64,000 bases of DNA from Callorhinchus milii (GCF_018977255.1 NW_024704742.1:127660001-127724000); one strand, 5' to 3'; shown: positions 24,171 to 37,478, counted from the first letter of the stretch. A program made the numbers and translations. The notes: generated from the sequence alone by a model not told the origin.

Positions 24171-24609
24171 TACTTTAAAGGTTAAAGAGTAAAATGAATC
24201 AAATTACATATTGAATTGAACCATTCAACTAAATAGCAGTGTTGTAGCTGACTCTGAGTACCACTTATTGCTTTCTACACACATACAAAGTAAATTAAAT
24301 AAAATATTGTGGCAATCAGTTTTAACCCTGGGAGAAATTATTTTCACCACAGGATCATGGATGTCAATGGAGCCAGAAAGATGGATTTAAGGTCCTTGCT
24401 CCCTGATGGCTGCTAAGTATTAGAGTGCAGAAGCGTGTATATTCAAATGTAACACAAGATTGGAATTTTAAGGCTTTTATTAGATTAAACCATGAATAAC
24501 AATATTCACCATTTGAGGACTGCATGATACACTGGGTTAGCATAATGTTCTCTCACTTCTAGGGTCTGGGATGAATCGAGCCCACAATGATGGGATGAAA
24601 GGTGAAATG

Positions 24610-25045
24610 TGATGCCCGTCACCCCAGGCCTCACCAGCTTCACTGACTTCCTGTCTTGAAATGGATCAATTTCAAGGTCCTCGCTCTCGCCTATGAATTC
24701 CTACCACAGGATCATGGATGTCAATGGATGTCCTACCATCTTTTTCTGTGATCTTCTCCCAGCCCTCTCTGTTTGCCCCCAAGCCTGGGCAAACTTGGGC
24801 CTGCTGCGTGTCTTCTGCCCCCACTGACCTGCCATCAGTGCTGAGCCTTCAGCTACCACCCCTACCCCTTGAAACTCCTGCCCCCTATCCCTCCATCTCT
24901 CCCTCTCTCTATCTGTCTTTTTGACAGATCATTTCCTCCATTCCACTCCCCCTTCTCTCTCGGTCACCATCTGACACCCATCCTGTGAAGTATTCTGAGA
25001 TGTCCTGCAAAAAGTGTGCAATATAAATAAAATTTGTTGTTGTTA
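24610..25045 (+). mobile_element. old L2 LINE 3' fragment
   Basis: LH.LPV..WINFKVL-like codons; (TTG)n tail at ~25035. Confidence 0.6.
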
Positions 25046-25184
25046 GCTTCACCTCTCTTCCCTCAGTCTAAAGGTCCCACATAACACTTTCTATCCACAT
25101 TCATAATCTGTGCACCCCCCCAACACAAACTGCTCATAATTGTGCACAATGGACAACAAAGTTTGCTACGTCATTGAGATTAGT

Positions 25185-26560
25185 TTGAGTGAAAAAGGCC
25201 CTTCAGCCAATTCAATTTCACCCATTCATAATACTCACTCTACCATTCTCTCATTACAGGATCAATCTGTTTCTTAAATTAGTCCAATGTCCTGGCCTTT
25301 CTATTAATCCAATCTAATTGTTAATTATCTTATGGGCAAATAATTTTTCTGGTCTATCATGAAAGTGCCCTGAGCAACCCTGAGCTTGTGCCCTCTTATT
25401 CTGCTGTCTTGGCATATTTGCAAATATTATTCCTGGTTTATTTTCTCAATCCCATTTATAATCTTACATAACACTTAAAGGTCCCTGCTGAGGAAATCAC
25501 TTTTTAAGCTTGAATAGTCCTAGCTTGTCTTTGCAAAATTTGGTGTCATCCTCAGTTTAACTACTTTTGCAATGATCTGCAAATTCAGGTCATTAATGTA
25601 TACAAAGAATTGAAGTGGTCCCAGTACAGACTTCTGAAGCACCCTGCTTAATACCTCCTCCCATTATGACCTGACTCCTACTATAAAAATAAATAATAAT
25701 CCTTGCTTTTGATATAACACTTTTCACATCTTCTAGTCGTCTCAAAGCACTTCACGGAATGTACTGTGGGCGAAATGCGGCAGCCAATTGCGCACAGCAG
25801 TGTCCCACAAATAGTCGTGGATTGAAATGAGCAATTTATTATTGCTTTATTTTCTTGAGGGATTATTATTAGGCATGTGGAGTAAGGAAATTTGCCCAAG
25901 GTTTCGCCCTGCCGGGAATCAAACCCAGGTTTCTTGCTTGCGAGACGAGTGCTCTAACCACTGGGCTACAGGACTCCACTGTAACCTATACCCACTCTAA
26001 CCTCTTTCCTTCTCTTCAGCCAGTTTCAAATACCATGTCTTGTCCTTGCGGGTCTGAAATGCTGTACACTGTCCAGCGCCTTGGGATGTTCTCCCAACGT
26101 GAAAGGCGCTATACAAATGTAATCTTGTTGTTATTATTGTTGCTAACCCATGACATCAGTTTGTGAAGGTACAATGTGGTACTTTGGTGGACACTTTTTT
26201 GGAAGCTTGAACTGTCACCTTCTCAAAAAAGGCTATTTTGTTGATCAGACAAGATTCCCCCTTTCTGAACCCATGTTGGCTATCATTTATTAAATTATTT
26301 TTAAACAAGCAGTGTGCCGTCCTCTTTCTGATGACTGGCTCCATCATTTTTCAATTATTGAGCTCAGGCTAATGGGTCTGTAGTTGCCAAGTATGATACA
26401 GTCACCATTCTTGAATGTAGGAATCGTGTTTGCTTCTTTACAGTCTGTTGCAACCTCTCCAGTGATGATTGATACCCTTATAATATCAGTCAGGAAATTG
26501 TTCTTTTGAGGCTGATGTTGACATATATTGTTAGGGCAGAGTAGAGGGAGTTTGATCTTC
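25185..26560 (-). mobile_element. degenerate CR1 LINE, interrupted by a SINE (25690-25977) and an L2 tail (26050-26142)
   Basis: Minus-strand peptides GNYRPISLSS and LINDSQHGFRKGESCL; 3' UTR at ~25200. Confidence 0.75.
25690..25977 (-). mobile_element. tRNA-derived SINE (short form)
   Basis: Full head ending ggactcc; lacks the central cagtaagtaggaacc segment. Confidence 0.9.
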
Positions 26561-27689
26561 ATCTGGCCTGTGGTATCTCTGACCTGGGACTACATGACAC
26601 TCATACTGTTGTGGAAAAGTATGTACTGAATATCAAGGTAAGTACGCAATTGGCTGTTGCATTTTGCCCACAAAATACAAAGTTAATTCACTTTACAGTA
26701 TGTTCTGTAAACTGCTTTGAGACATGATAAGGTGCTATATCAAATACAAGGATTATTATTATTATGTACTGCTTATTGAGGTCGGATGGCAAGTGGCAAT
26801 GTGTTAATGCCAAGATTTGCTGCCATAGTGTTTTGCAACAGTCAATACTATAAGACTTCAGAATAAGGTCCAGCTTTAATAACTGTGTTTAGTTAGACCG
26901 AAAGAAATTGCAGCCCAAAGAAGACCATTTGGCCCATTGTGTCTGTGTCGGCTCTTTTAAAGAGCAATTCCTTTCACAGTGGTACATATATTCAGCTTGA
27001 TAATAGTGCCTCAAAGGCATTTCAGGGACATCATATGTCTCCTTGTTCACTTGGAAAAGAATCAATGATAAATGCCAGGAGCTTGCCTTTTTGTGCTCAT
27101 TGTGTGATACATATGCCAAGCATTATGCACATTTCCAATTTTGTGTCACTATCTGAATTACTTTAGGGTCAAGAGCTGCATGTAATCATTTATTACAACA
27201 CATGACACTAATTTTTTCTTCTGCTGCGAGTTTATTGCTGCAAGAGATGAAATTGGAAATTCAGCCATACCAGGCACAAGGCAGCAATAAGAATCAATCT
27301 GTAGTAAAGCCTTCTTTCATGTATTGTGTCTGGGAGACAATATCATCTTCCTTCAAGTGTGTAACCAGTTAACAGTCTCACACTTAGGCAGACAACTAAA
27401 CATCATGAAATGCATATGAACATTGAACTGTGCAGGTGGTTGTCAAGGACTGACTCATGACCTCTGCTATGTGTATCACAAATCTAAGTGCTGAACTGTA
27501 CCAAAAGCCCACAAATATACAGTATTGTCCTTCTGACATGAAAGATGCTAAATCAAATGCAACATTTATTATTATTATAACTGAGAAACTGAAGCAGTTC
27601 AGATTTGGCAGACTGTGAGCTTGACTAAAATCAGATTCAGAAGTACATGTGGTGGTTCCCAGTTTCCACATCGTTTGTGTTCCGATGTG

Positions 27690-27955
27690 ATATTTATCAC
27701 ATTGAATGGGCCAGAGGCATTCCTCCTCTCACCCCTCTCCATGTCATTCTTAATGGTTAAGTCAGTGAAGAAACTTTCAGGCTCGTGAAAGTGCCATTCC
27801 AGCTCATAAAATTACAGCCTTCAAAAAGGCAGCAATCCAAGGCCGTAATGTCCAAACCATAATTTCTGCGACTTAACCTTTGAGAATGGGGGAGGAGAGG
27901 AGGGTTGCCTTTAGCTCATTTCTGGTGATAAATAATGCTTGGACCATAAAGCTGA
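27690..27955. promoter_or_regulatory. candidate conserved non-coding element
   Basis: Repeat-free; posterior-Hox/Cdx-type ctcataaaa and ccataaa sites plus several TAAT cores. Confidence 0.3.
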
Positions 27956-28889
27956 CCCCCCGCAACCCCCTCCCCCACCCTACCCTCCTCCCTGCCACCC
28001 CACTCCCATCCCTTGTGTGGTGCTGAAAGCTATTCTCCTTCCTGATGTAGTCGTGTCCATGCAGTGAAATTCAGAAACATTCCTCTTCACCTTCCCAAAA
28101 AACTTTTATTCTGTAAGGTGTTGACAACCCATTAGGTATTGGCAGCACCCACTGTCCTTGAGTTGAGTGCAACAAAGACGATGTGCATTTATACAGTGCT
28201 TTGATACAGGAAAACGTCCCGGAGCACTTTACAAGGATGGGGTTGGACTCCAAGCAAGGGAATAGGGGTGAGGGGAGTTGGCCATAGGCACATTTGAAGT
28301 GGTAAGTTTTGAAGTGGGACTTAAAGACAGACAGAGAGAGGGAGAGTTGGGGGGAGAGGGGAGAGGGAAGAGTGGAGGGAGGGAGTTTCAGAGGTTAGAG
28401 GCACAGTGACTAAAGGCTCAACTACTCCAGCCACCGCAATGAACATAAAAAGAAATAAAAGTAAAAAACAAAAGGCTGTCACGGCGACGGGACACTGCCT
28501 AGATCTGACCCATTTAAAAATGTTGGAAAGTATAGCGTATTCCCAGCGGGCACCCTGATGAGCCAGCGGCAGAGTTGTATTCTGATTAATAGTGTTCCGG
28601 TGAGACTTTCATTTTAACACTAATGAGGTATTAAGTGGCGATGGTCTCTTGCTTAAGTGAAAGAATGCCTGGAATTCACCATCATTAGTGATCTATAATG
28701 TTTATTCAGTGGGTGTGCAGATAGTGGGGATGTTATTGTTGCGTTTTGGTGGGATTTTTTTCTATTTAATTACTGCTTCCATTATCCATTCCCTCACAGT
28801 GCCTGCCAGGGAGTGACCTCTGCTGGAATTGAACCATTTCGGATCAGGGTCTAGTTTGGCTCTAACCCCTTTCTGGGACGAATAGTTCA

Positions 28890-29433
28890 CACTCAAGCTG
28901 CTGAAACATTTTGTCATATCCTGTTAAGACGTTTCCAATATTGTTTCCCCCAACTCTACCATTCACAAGTTGCTACTCATCCAAAACTCCACTGCCCACA
29001 TCCTCACCTGCACCATCCTCCGCATGTGCATCACCCCAATCTTTGCTAGTCTCCACTGGCTCCAGGTGGATCGAGTTCGAGATCCTCATCCTCACCTAGA
29101 AATCCATCTTCACCGTAGCACTCATTGATCTCTCTGATCTTCTCTGACTTTATTCCTCGAGGTGCTCCCTTCCCCTCAGCTAATTTGAGCTTGCTGCCTG
29201 TTCTCCGCACCACCATTGGTGGCCAAGCCTTCAACTCTTATCCCCCTAACCTCTGCCCCTCCATTCCTCTACTACTCCATCTCTCCACTCCTGCCCGAAA
29301 TCCTACCTTTTCGGTCATGCCTATGTCCAACTCCCCTTCCCTCAGCCCTTTCTCTTTGTCCAACCCTATCTCTGTGGAGTGCTCCGAGCTGTTACCCTAT
29401 GTGACAACCCGATATACATGCAAGTTGTTGTTG
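28890..29433 (+). mobile_element. old L2 LINE 3' fragment
   Basis: WIEFEILILT and TIGGQAF peptides; gcaagttgttgttg tail. Confidence 0.7.
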
Positions 29434-30009
29434 TCTGGGCTCACAGTTGCAGCATAGACACTGAGCATGGAACGATAAAGGCTGAAGAAAGCACTTCAAG
29501 ACTTAACCCTTCGACCATGCTTTCAGTCATCTTTCCCCTTCCCACCATCTCCTACCCACCCCCAGTTTGGGTACTTAGCCAGCAGTGTAAAGTGCTTTGA
29601 GAAATCCTCCCAAAGTGAAAGTTGCTAGATAATTTGTGTTGTATGTTGTATTGACTCCATTTTCAATTCAGTTTCTTTAACACTGCTTGGCTCATTGACG
29701 TCTTCAAACCAAGTGTCTTCACAGTTTCATTGCTTAGAAAGAATTCAACAGAAAAAAGACTGGGGCTAATTTGCACAAAAACAATATCACAAACTAAGCA
29801 CAACAACAGGACGGCCCAAATCTTCCCCTATCCTTTTTTCCAAAAGTGTTGTGAAGTTGCAAGTGAGACTACACTGTTAAACTCCTATAGTTTAATTTCA
29901 TTACATTTCATTAAATTTCATTAAATTGCTGTGCGCAATTGGCTGCTGCATTTTGCCCACAAAATACACAGTCAATTCACTTTACAGTATATTCTGTGAG
30001 CATTTTCAG

Positions 30010-30287
30010 ATGCCTCCTCCTCGTCCCCCGAGTCTTCCGCTCCACCCTCGGCGGCCGTGCCTTTAGCCACTATGCCCCGAGGCTCTGGAACTGCCTCACT
30101 CCCTTTGCTTCGCCCCCTCTCTTCCTATTTTCAGGTCTCTGCTGAAGACCTTTCTCTTTGACCGCGCCTTTGGTCACCTTCTTCCCCCTCCCCCTGGCTC
30201 GGGGCTGAGATCCGTTACTGTAAAGCGCTCTGAGACGCCGTCCGGCGTGGAGGGCGCTATGTAAATCCAAGTTGTTGTTGTTGTTGT
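30010..30287 (+). mobile_element. L2 LINE 3' end nested inside a SINE tail (SINE parts 29925-30009 and 30288-30339)
   Basis: [25 protein letters not shown]; (TTG)n tail; SINE tail resumes after it. Confidence 0.88.
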
Positions 30288-30362
30288 CTCAACGACATGA
30301 TAAGGCGCTATATCAAATGCAAGGATTATTATTATTATTCATTTCAATGCCATTTTTAATAC

Positions 30363-30585
30363 TTTTTGGGTTAGCCTGGTGTCTGGCATATGCGGAGACC
30401 CATCACCGTGCTTCTGAGTATCGAAACCAGATCATGAGTTCCACAGATGTGTGCCACCTACACATAGGGATTTCCCTTTGTCTGGAATGCGCTCTCTTTC
30501 CCTGGAGAGACGCACCCTGATTACCGAATTCCAGTGAATATTAGGCAGTTTAGTGGGAACAAGGCTTGGACTCCAGAGTGAGCAA
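30363..30585 (-). mobile_element. unclassified poly(A)-tailed repeat (copy 3)
   Basis: ttttt-gggttagcctggtgtctggca...gacccatcaccgtgcttctgagtatc. Confidence 0.7.
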
Positions 30586-30730
30586 GTGTATTTTTAAATA
30601 ACACAGCTGCATGCAGTGGAATATTTTTATTAAAAGAAATACATCCACATTTTTCCCCTAGAGAGTCATTAACACCTAATTTTGAGATTGCTGCATTGTG
30701 GGAATAATAATAATTATTATTAATAATAAT

Positions 30731-30850
30731 ACCCCATACAGACTATCTCACATTCCTCCAAACCCTCACACACTATGTTATACTCCTCCAACTCCTCACA
30801 GACTATCTTACCCTCCTCCAACCCCTTACAGACAATCTTATACTCTACCA
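30731..30850. repeat. minisatellite, 4 x 30 bp
   Basis: Unit approximately accccttacagactatcttatactcctcca, starting at 30731, 30761, 30791 and 30821. Confidence 0.9.
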
Positions 30851-30879
30851 GACAATATAAAGAAAAACAGAAAGCTACA

Positions 30880-31960
30880 ATGGAGATGACTGAAAGAACC
30901 TGCTCTTGAAACCTGTCAGCTCCCCACACACATCAACGAATTTGTATTTGTTTCAATGATGAATGGTTTCATTTTTCCTTATTCCCCCCCTTTAATGAGC
31001 TTGCTAATGGTGAGAGTTCGGCTCATACGTTCCTATACATTTTGTCGGCAGTTGTGAAATTAACATCTTCATTCAGAACAGGAAAATTCTCACAAGATCA
31101 CTGTGCCCTGTCCTAGGCCTTTTCACACTCGCTCCCAGTCTCTTTGTCTTTTTTTTTATAGATCAAACTGCCAAGTTCAAGCACCTTCCTGTCTCATAGC
31201 ATTGACAGCCTGTTTATTAGCCTCTTTCTGCTCTGAGGATTATGGACTGAATTGCAACGAATTCCTTTTCAGTGAGAACATTTGATGCCGGGCATTAAGA
31301 GATGTGTTAGGAACTTGAAAGTGAAACTTTAACGTCTGATGCAGTGGCGCATTCCACGGCTAATTAGAGTCGGTTTGGGTTCGAAGCGATGGAAGTTTAA
31401 TAAAAAAAACCACACTGTTTGAAAAGAGCTATTGAGACTTATTGTGAAGGGCTTTTTTTTTGCAACTTTATAAAACACTGCTGAAATCTGGCAGGCGATG
31501 TAGAGGATAATTCCAAGTGTATGCTTTTTTTTGTCAGGGAGAGTTGAAGAACTGAACAGGATCATTGCTGCCAGGAGGCGATCATAGGACAACAGGGGGT
31601 AACACATTGGTTCTTTGCTTCCTTGTACTTATAACAAATCCTCTCTTTCCTTTTACAGGTCATATTTTTGTTCCATTTGCTTTCCACCCACAGTCAATGT
31701 ACGAACAGAAAAGGAGACGCAATGGTTTCAAACCACATAACCTTTTTCAGATGCCATTGACCTGAGCTTCGAGGAGACCAGTGCATTCAGTCTTTTTCTT
31801 AATACCGAATTGAGATGAAGCTGAGCGATTTCTCTCACCAACAACATTTGCAAATTTTCCCTCTCGCTTGAATTCTGGTTGACTAGTTTCGCATTGATTT
31901 CCTTTTTGCAACCTCCAGTAACTGTATGGCTGCAGAAACAGTGTGAGTGCATGTATGCAC
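30880..31960. promoter_or_regulatory. candidate conserved non-coding block(s)
   Basis: About 1.1 kb without recognisable repeats, CpG retained, with Meis, TAATTA and TCF-like motifs. Confidence 0.3.
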
Positions 31961-33104
31961 TGCCATGGTAATCACATTTTGGTCAACCATAGCTTGTTAT
32001 TTAACATAAGCACAGGGGTGGAATTTTCGCCCATTGACTTCGGAAGGTGGTGGGGTTGGGGTTGGGGGATGAAAACATTTATTTAGAAGACATTTTCTTT
32101 CTACACTATGGAAAGTATTTAATAGAATATTCAGCTGATATGAAAAAGAACAATTGATTCTGTCATGTGCATTTCACAACTTCCAGCAAGTTGAGGACAG
32201 GTATATTTTTGGAGTTTTGTTATGCTTGAATATATCTGTGCATCAGATCCAAAATCTATCAACCCTTTGTGTCCTAGGCTATTAGGAAACAAAAGTTTGG
32301 ATTGGGTCTCTTTTATTAAAGCCAATTCAGTGACGGTAAGGGAACTGGGGTGTACAGAACTGTATTTCAGTGCTCACGTTCCACCACATTTTGATTTCAA
32401 TATGATTTCAAATAAATGTGACGACATCCCAGTTTTTAATAAGAAAAATTGGGTGTCAACCTAACTTATTTAGTAGCACGCTTGCCTCTGAGTCAAAATG
32501 TTATGGGCTCAAGCCCTTTGTTGGCAAAATTAGACCCTTTAATAGTGGGATAACATCAATTAGCATATCACCACTGAGCTTGTGAAATGGCCGATAAGAA
32601 AGCAAGGGAGATATCAGCGGTGAAGCATATGGTCACTACCAACACCCTCCATACCACATCAGCTTTGATAACATCAGTCATGACTATAAGCAGTATTCCT
32701 GATTGGCATAGCTCTTTAGTTTGTATAGTAATAATAATAATAATAATCCTTGCATTTGATATAGCGCTTTTCACGTCGGGAGGACGTCCCAAAGCGCTTC
32801 ACAGAACACACTGTAAAGTGAATTGACTGTATATTTGACTGTAGTACAGTATTACACAAGTAAAAGTCATTTTGCTTTGGGTTCTACAAGGGAAAAGCAT
32901 AATCGCCAAATAGACTGTGGTCATCAAGGTTCTGGGAGGGCAGTAATGGCAGATTATCTGGAGCTCATTGCCTATTAATACAATACAATACAAACTTATA
33001 TTTGTAAGTGCCTTTCACGTCAAGAGGGCGTCCCAAGGCGCTCAAAGTCAGGGATTAGGACCCAAGCGGGGGTTGGGATCAGGGAAGGTATGGGGCACAG
33101 AGGG

Positions 33105-34440
33105 TACAACAACATCTTGTATTTATATAGCTCCTTCTAAGCAAGGTAGCGTTTCAGATTACTTAACAATGGTGGAGCCTGACTCCGAGCCGGGGAGGAA
33201 TTGGGGAGGTGGCTGTAAGCACGGTCGAAGAGGAAGTTTTTCACGTGGGACTTGAAAAAGGGGAGAGAGGGCAAGGCGGAGGGATTGAGGGAGAGTGTTC
33301 CAGAGTTTCGGGGTGGCTGAATGCGCGACCTCCGATGGTGGGGGGAAGGGTGAGAGGGACAAGCAGGAGGCTAGTGCCAGTCGAGCAGATACGGAGTTTA
33401 GTCCAGGTCAGTATGCGGGCGGCAGAGTTCTGAATGAGCTGGATCTTTTGAATAGTGGAGCTGGGGAAACCAGTGAGGAGTGCGTTTGAATAATCCAAGT
33501 GGGAGGTGACAAGCTCATGCAAGAGGGTTTTGGCTGCATTTGGGGTAAGGTACTGTCGGAGATGGGCAATGTTGCGGAGGTGGAAGAAGGCGCTCCTGGT
33601 CAGGGGAGATGTGGGGGAGGAAGGACAGCTGGGGGTTGAACCGGATGCCTAGATTGCACACTGGTTCAGTGAGTCTGAGGGAGAGCCCAGGGAGGTTGAG
33701 GAGTTTAGATCCGCAGAAGCCAAGGAGTATGGCTTCCATCTTGCAGGAAGTTTACACTCATCCAGACCCTGATGTCAGCCAGATAAGCTGATAGAACATC
33801 AGTGGACCTGGAGTTAGTACTGGCGGAGGCAGATTTGTGTGTCATCTGCATATACGCAGAAGTTTACCCAGTGTCTGCGGATGACATTGCCCAGAGGGAG
33901 CATATAGATGAGGAAAAGAAGAGGGCCAAGGATGGAGACCTGGGGTACCCCGCAGGTAACCAGGCAGGGGTGGGAAGAGAAGCCATTTGCCGAGATGAAA
34001 ATGGAGGCGGTTGGTTAAGTAGAACTTGCACCATGTGAGTGGGGTCCCACTAAGGTGGATAAGGTAAGAGAGGCGTTGGAGGAGGATGGCGTGGTTGACT
34101 GTGTCGAACGTGGCAGAGAGATTCAGGAGGACGAGGAGGCAGAGGGAACCCTGGTCACAGATAGACAGGACGTCGTTTTTGACTTTGAGAGTTCTGTCTC
34201 TGTGCTGTGGGCAGGGCAAAAACCAGGCTGCAGGAGCTCGAGGAAGGAGTAGAGGAACAATGTGTTCCAGGACTTTGCCAAGGAAGGGTAAGTTGGAAAT
34301 GGGATGTAGTGTGAGAGGTTAGAGGGATCGAGGGTGGGTTTTTTGAGGAGGAGTGTGATAACAGTGGTTTTCAGGGGTTGTGTGGAACAGAGCCTGAGGA
34401 GAGAGACTGGTTGACAGTGGGGAGAGGTAATAGCCCACTC
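33105..34440 (-). mobile_element. L2 LINE, degenerate RT domain to 3' end (second L2 tail at 32990-33100)
   Basis: Minus-strand LVLLNLSATFDTVNH, YADD codons at ~33850, and HLDYSNALL..QLIQNSAAR. Confidence 0.9.
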
Positions 34441-34879
34441 TGGATGAATCTCTCTCCAGTACTTCAGTCGCTTCAGAAGAGACACTGGTGAAGTCATCTA
34501 AATTGACACAAATTTGTAAAAGAAGATAGAACTCAAGTTCAATTTATATAACTGGACCAAATGGAGAAGGGAATTTATTCACCAAGGGAGCATCAGAATT
34601 GCTGAGAGTGATAGGTTAATGGATAAGGGTGGGTGAGCAAGGTGAGTCAGGGGAGAATTACGGACATGGTTTACATGTGACACTTGATTGATACACCTGT
34701 GTTTTATGAATCCGTTGCCACATTTTGCAGCACAAAGCGCTACCTGCTTAGAGTAACTATTTCTCTGCCAGAAAATAATGCCTTGGTTCAAAGCTTCAGA
34801 AAAACACGGCCACTGCCTCAGTGGGAAAATTAATATTTCCCACCCCAGCCACGTTATGGATCTCTGGTCAAGAAGAATG

Positions 34880-35118
34880 ACTGAATGCAAACCTAGGAGT
34901 GTGCTACATTGTTTGAGGAGACCTAGGAGTGCACTGCATTCTTTGGATGAAACGTTAAATAGAGGTCCCAAACCCCAGTTCTAGTGATTGTTAATGATCC
35001 CATGATAATATTTGAAGTGATGGAAGTTTATCCCAATGTTCTGACCAACAATTTTTCAATGCTTTGAGACATCTTCCCAACGTGAAAGGCACAATATCAA
35101 ATGGAAGGATTATTCATT
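34880..35118 (+). mobile_element. DeuSINE fragment
   Basis: ggatgaaacgttaaatagagg...gatcccatg core plus tail. Confidence 0.6.
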
Positions 35119-35719
35119 ATGATTTCCTTTAGTTTTACTGCATTTACTGTTATTCTGCCTTACAGCACCAATAGAATTATGAATTCCTCACCGGAGACAT
35201 AGAACTGTTCTCCCTCTATTCTAAGTTAACCTCTCTCTCTCTGTATGTTTGTGTCTGTTTGTGTCTTATATGCCTGTGTGTCCCATGAGTAAATTGTGAC
35301 CACCCTGATATTGTCACCCTGGGATCTGCTTTTTTTTATAATTCAAGAGTATACTTGGGTGTTATTGGATGGTAATATACTTATTATATGGATCTCCTCT
35401 GTTGCTTTCACTTGGCTCTTGGCCCAGTTTATAATTGGCCACAAGAGAATGCCTGGTGGTAGGTTTTTAGATGTTTAGATGTTAACCAGATGGTTGTGCA
35501 TGAAACTATTTTAACTATACTTCAAGCTTTTGCTTCACATTCTAGCCTTTTTTCCTTCTGATTTTTCTTCCCCAGCGCTGAGGCTAAAGTTAGTGTCAGT
35601 AGTACAGTTTGGCATAAACGTGTCTTTATCCCATATGTGCACACACACATACTTCCAGCAGGGCTGAGTGGACACTGAATAGAAGCAAACACTGCGATGG
35701 ATATTATTATCAATAATCA

Positions 35720-36157
35720 TAATGATCCTTGCATTTGATTTAACGCATTATCACATTGTTATGATGTCTCAAAGCGCTTCACAGGAATTTACTGTAAAAT
35801 ATAGTGACTGTGTATTTGTAGGCAAATTTTCACACAGTCAAAGAATGTCAATGTCCTACAAACAGCCTTGAAGTGAAAGGACCAGTTTTATCTGGGGGAT
35901 TGTTGACCAGGACACCGGGAGAAACTCACTTCTCTTTTTCGAATAGTGCCGTGGGATCTTTAACATCCCACTGAACAGGCATCCAGTACCTTGTTCTTAT
36001 GTCTCATCTGAAGGATGCTGTCTCTCCACCAATTTCCGAGCGCACTGAAATGTGCACAGACTAGAATGGTGAGTTCAATGTCCTGGCTTACGGTTTGAAC
36101 CCCCAACCATTTTGAGTGGGTTCAAACCAGGAGTTTTACCAACTGAGCCAGACCGAC
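35720..36157 (-). mobile_element. DeuSINE
   Basis: ccaggacaccgggag...atagtgccgtgggatctttaacatcc; tRNA head at 36090-36157. Confidence 0.78.
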
Positions 36158-36277
36158 CCTATTGTCCATCCAGCACAATGATTATTACAACACCCCACAG
36201 CTGACAGTGCCGGTTAACATACCTGACTCCTGTGTCCTTTAGTCTGCAATGGAATGATTCTTAAATTACAACTTGCG

Positions 36278-36512
36278 GGTAGAAGTTAGATCTTGTTCTA
36301 GATTCACTCTCCTTTCTTAGCATTTCAGAGTGTGCAGAATTTGGCACATTGTCGGAATCAGTCTTAACTTTCAAGCCAGTTTTCCCGAGTTCTTTAAAAA
36401 GCAACTTTCAGAAAACTGGCTTCAAAATGAAGGTGGTATTTAATAATTTGCCAAATGCTTGGATACTCTGAAATGCAAAGAAAACAATCTAGCCCCAGGT
36501 GGAATTATTACC
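36278..36512. mobile_element. palindromic MITE-like element
   Basis: Perfect inverted 12-mers at 36320-36331/36465-36476 and 36373-36384/36411-36422. Confidence 0.7.
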
Positions 36513-37158
36513 ATGTGATCCTTCTTTGAGTTACCAGTTAAAATCCTTGCAGAATGGAGCCAGGATAACGATTTGATCTATTTTTTCTCCACAGATAAGG
36601 TGGCTTTTAGGAAATTTATAATTCTTCACAGAACTGCTGAAAGCATATACTTCAATGACAGAATAGCACTTCAAAAATCGTAAAGCTTAAATTCAAAATG
36701 TTTTCCACATTGTACTATGAAATGTGGATAATGTCAAACTTGGCATTAGTTTAAACACTGCTAGTTACAATGCTGGCATTTTGTTACAAAATGCAGAACT
36801 AATTTGAAATCAAACACTTGGACCAGTAGGAATAGTTGGGAGAATGTAATGGGAGAATGAAGTGGGAGAAGTCATTTTTGTACTGATAGAAAACTCAACC
36901 ACCAAAATACGTTTTCGGCAAAACTATATATGCATGCCAATTCCTGATACATATTATTTCCAGAAAAGATGGAGAATGAGATAGAGAGGCATAGGAGAGG
37001 GATAGGATAGGGATTAGGAGGGGTGGAGGCTTTTGCAGAATATAAACACTGGCATGGACTGATTTGGTCAAATGACCTAATTTCAGTGCTGTATTATGCC
37101 ATATAATTCTATGCAAGTTTTCAGTGCTCTGTTATCCAAAGTGGAGCAGCAAGAGTTT

Positions 37159-37478
37159 GGAGTCCTGTAGCTCAGTGGTTAGAGCACTCGCTTTGCAAGT
37201 GAGAGACCTGAGTTCAATTCCAGGCAGAGGGCGAAACCTTGGGCAAGTTTCCTTACTCCACACAGAGCCTAATAATAATCCCTCCAAAAAACAATAATTA
37301 AAATTGGTCATTTTCAATCTACAACTGTTTGTGGGACATTGCTGTGTGCAATTGGCTGCCGCGTTCGCCCACAAATATGCAGTCAATTCACTTTACAGTG
37401 TGTTCTGTGAAGCGCTTTGGGACGTCCTCCCGACGTGAAAAGCGCTATATCAAATGCAAGGATTATTATTATTATTAT
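37159..37478 (+). mobile_element. tRNA-derived SINE, full length (short form, young)
   Basis: ggagtcctgtagctcagtggttagagcactcgctttgcaag head; tail gggacgtcctcccgacgtgaaaagcgc followed by (TTA)n. Confidence 0.95.

Noticed and set aside
30731..30850. CRISPR-like array
   Set aside because: Contiguous tandem units with no unique spacers, in eukaryotic DNA.
37159..37235. tRNA-Ala-like gene (also at 17600, 54983, 57433, 57543, 61271)
   Set aside because: Each runs into a SINE body and lacks a proper acceptor stem and terminator; these are SINE heads.
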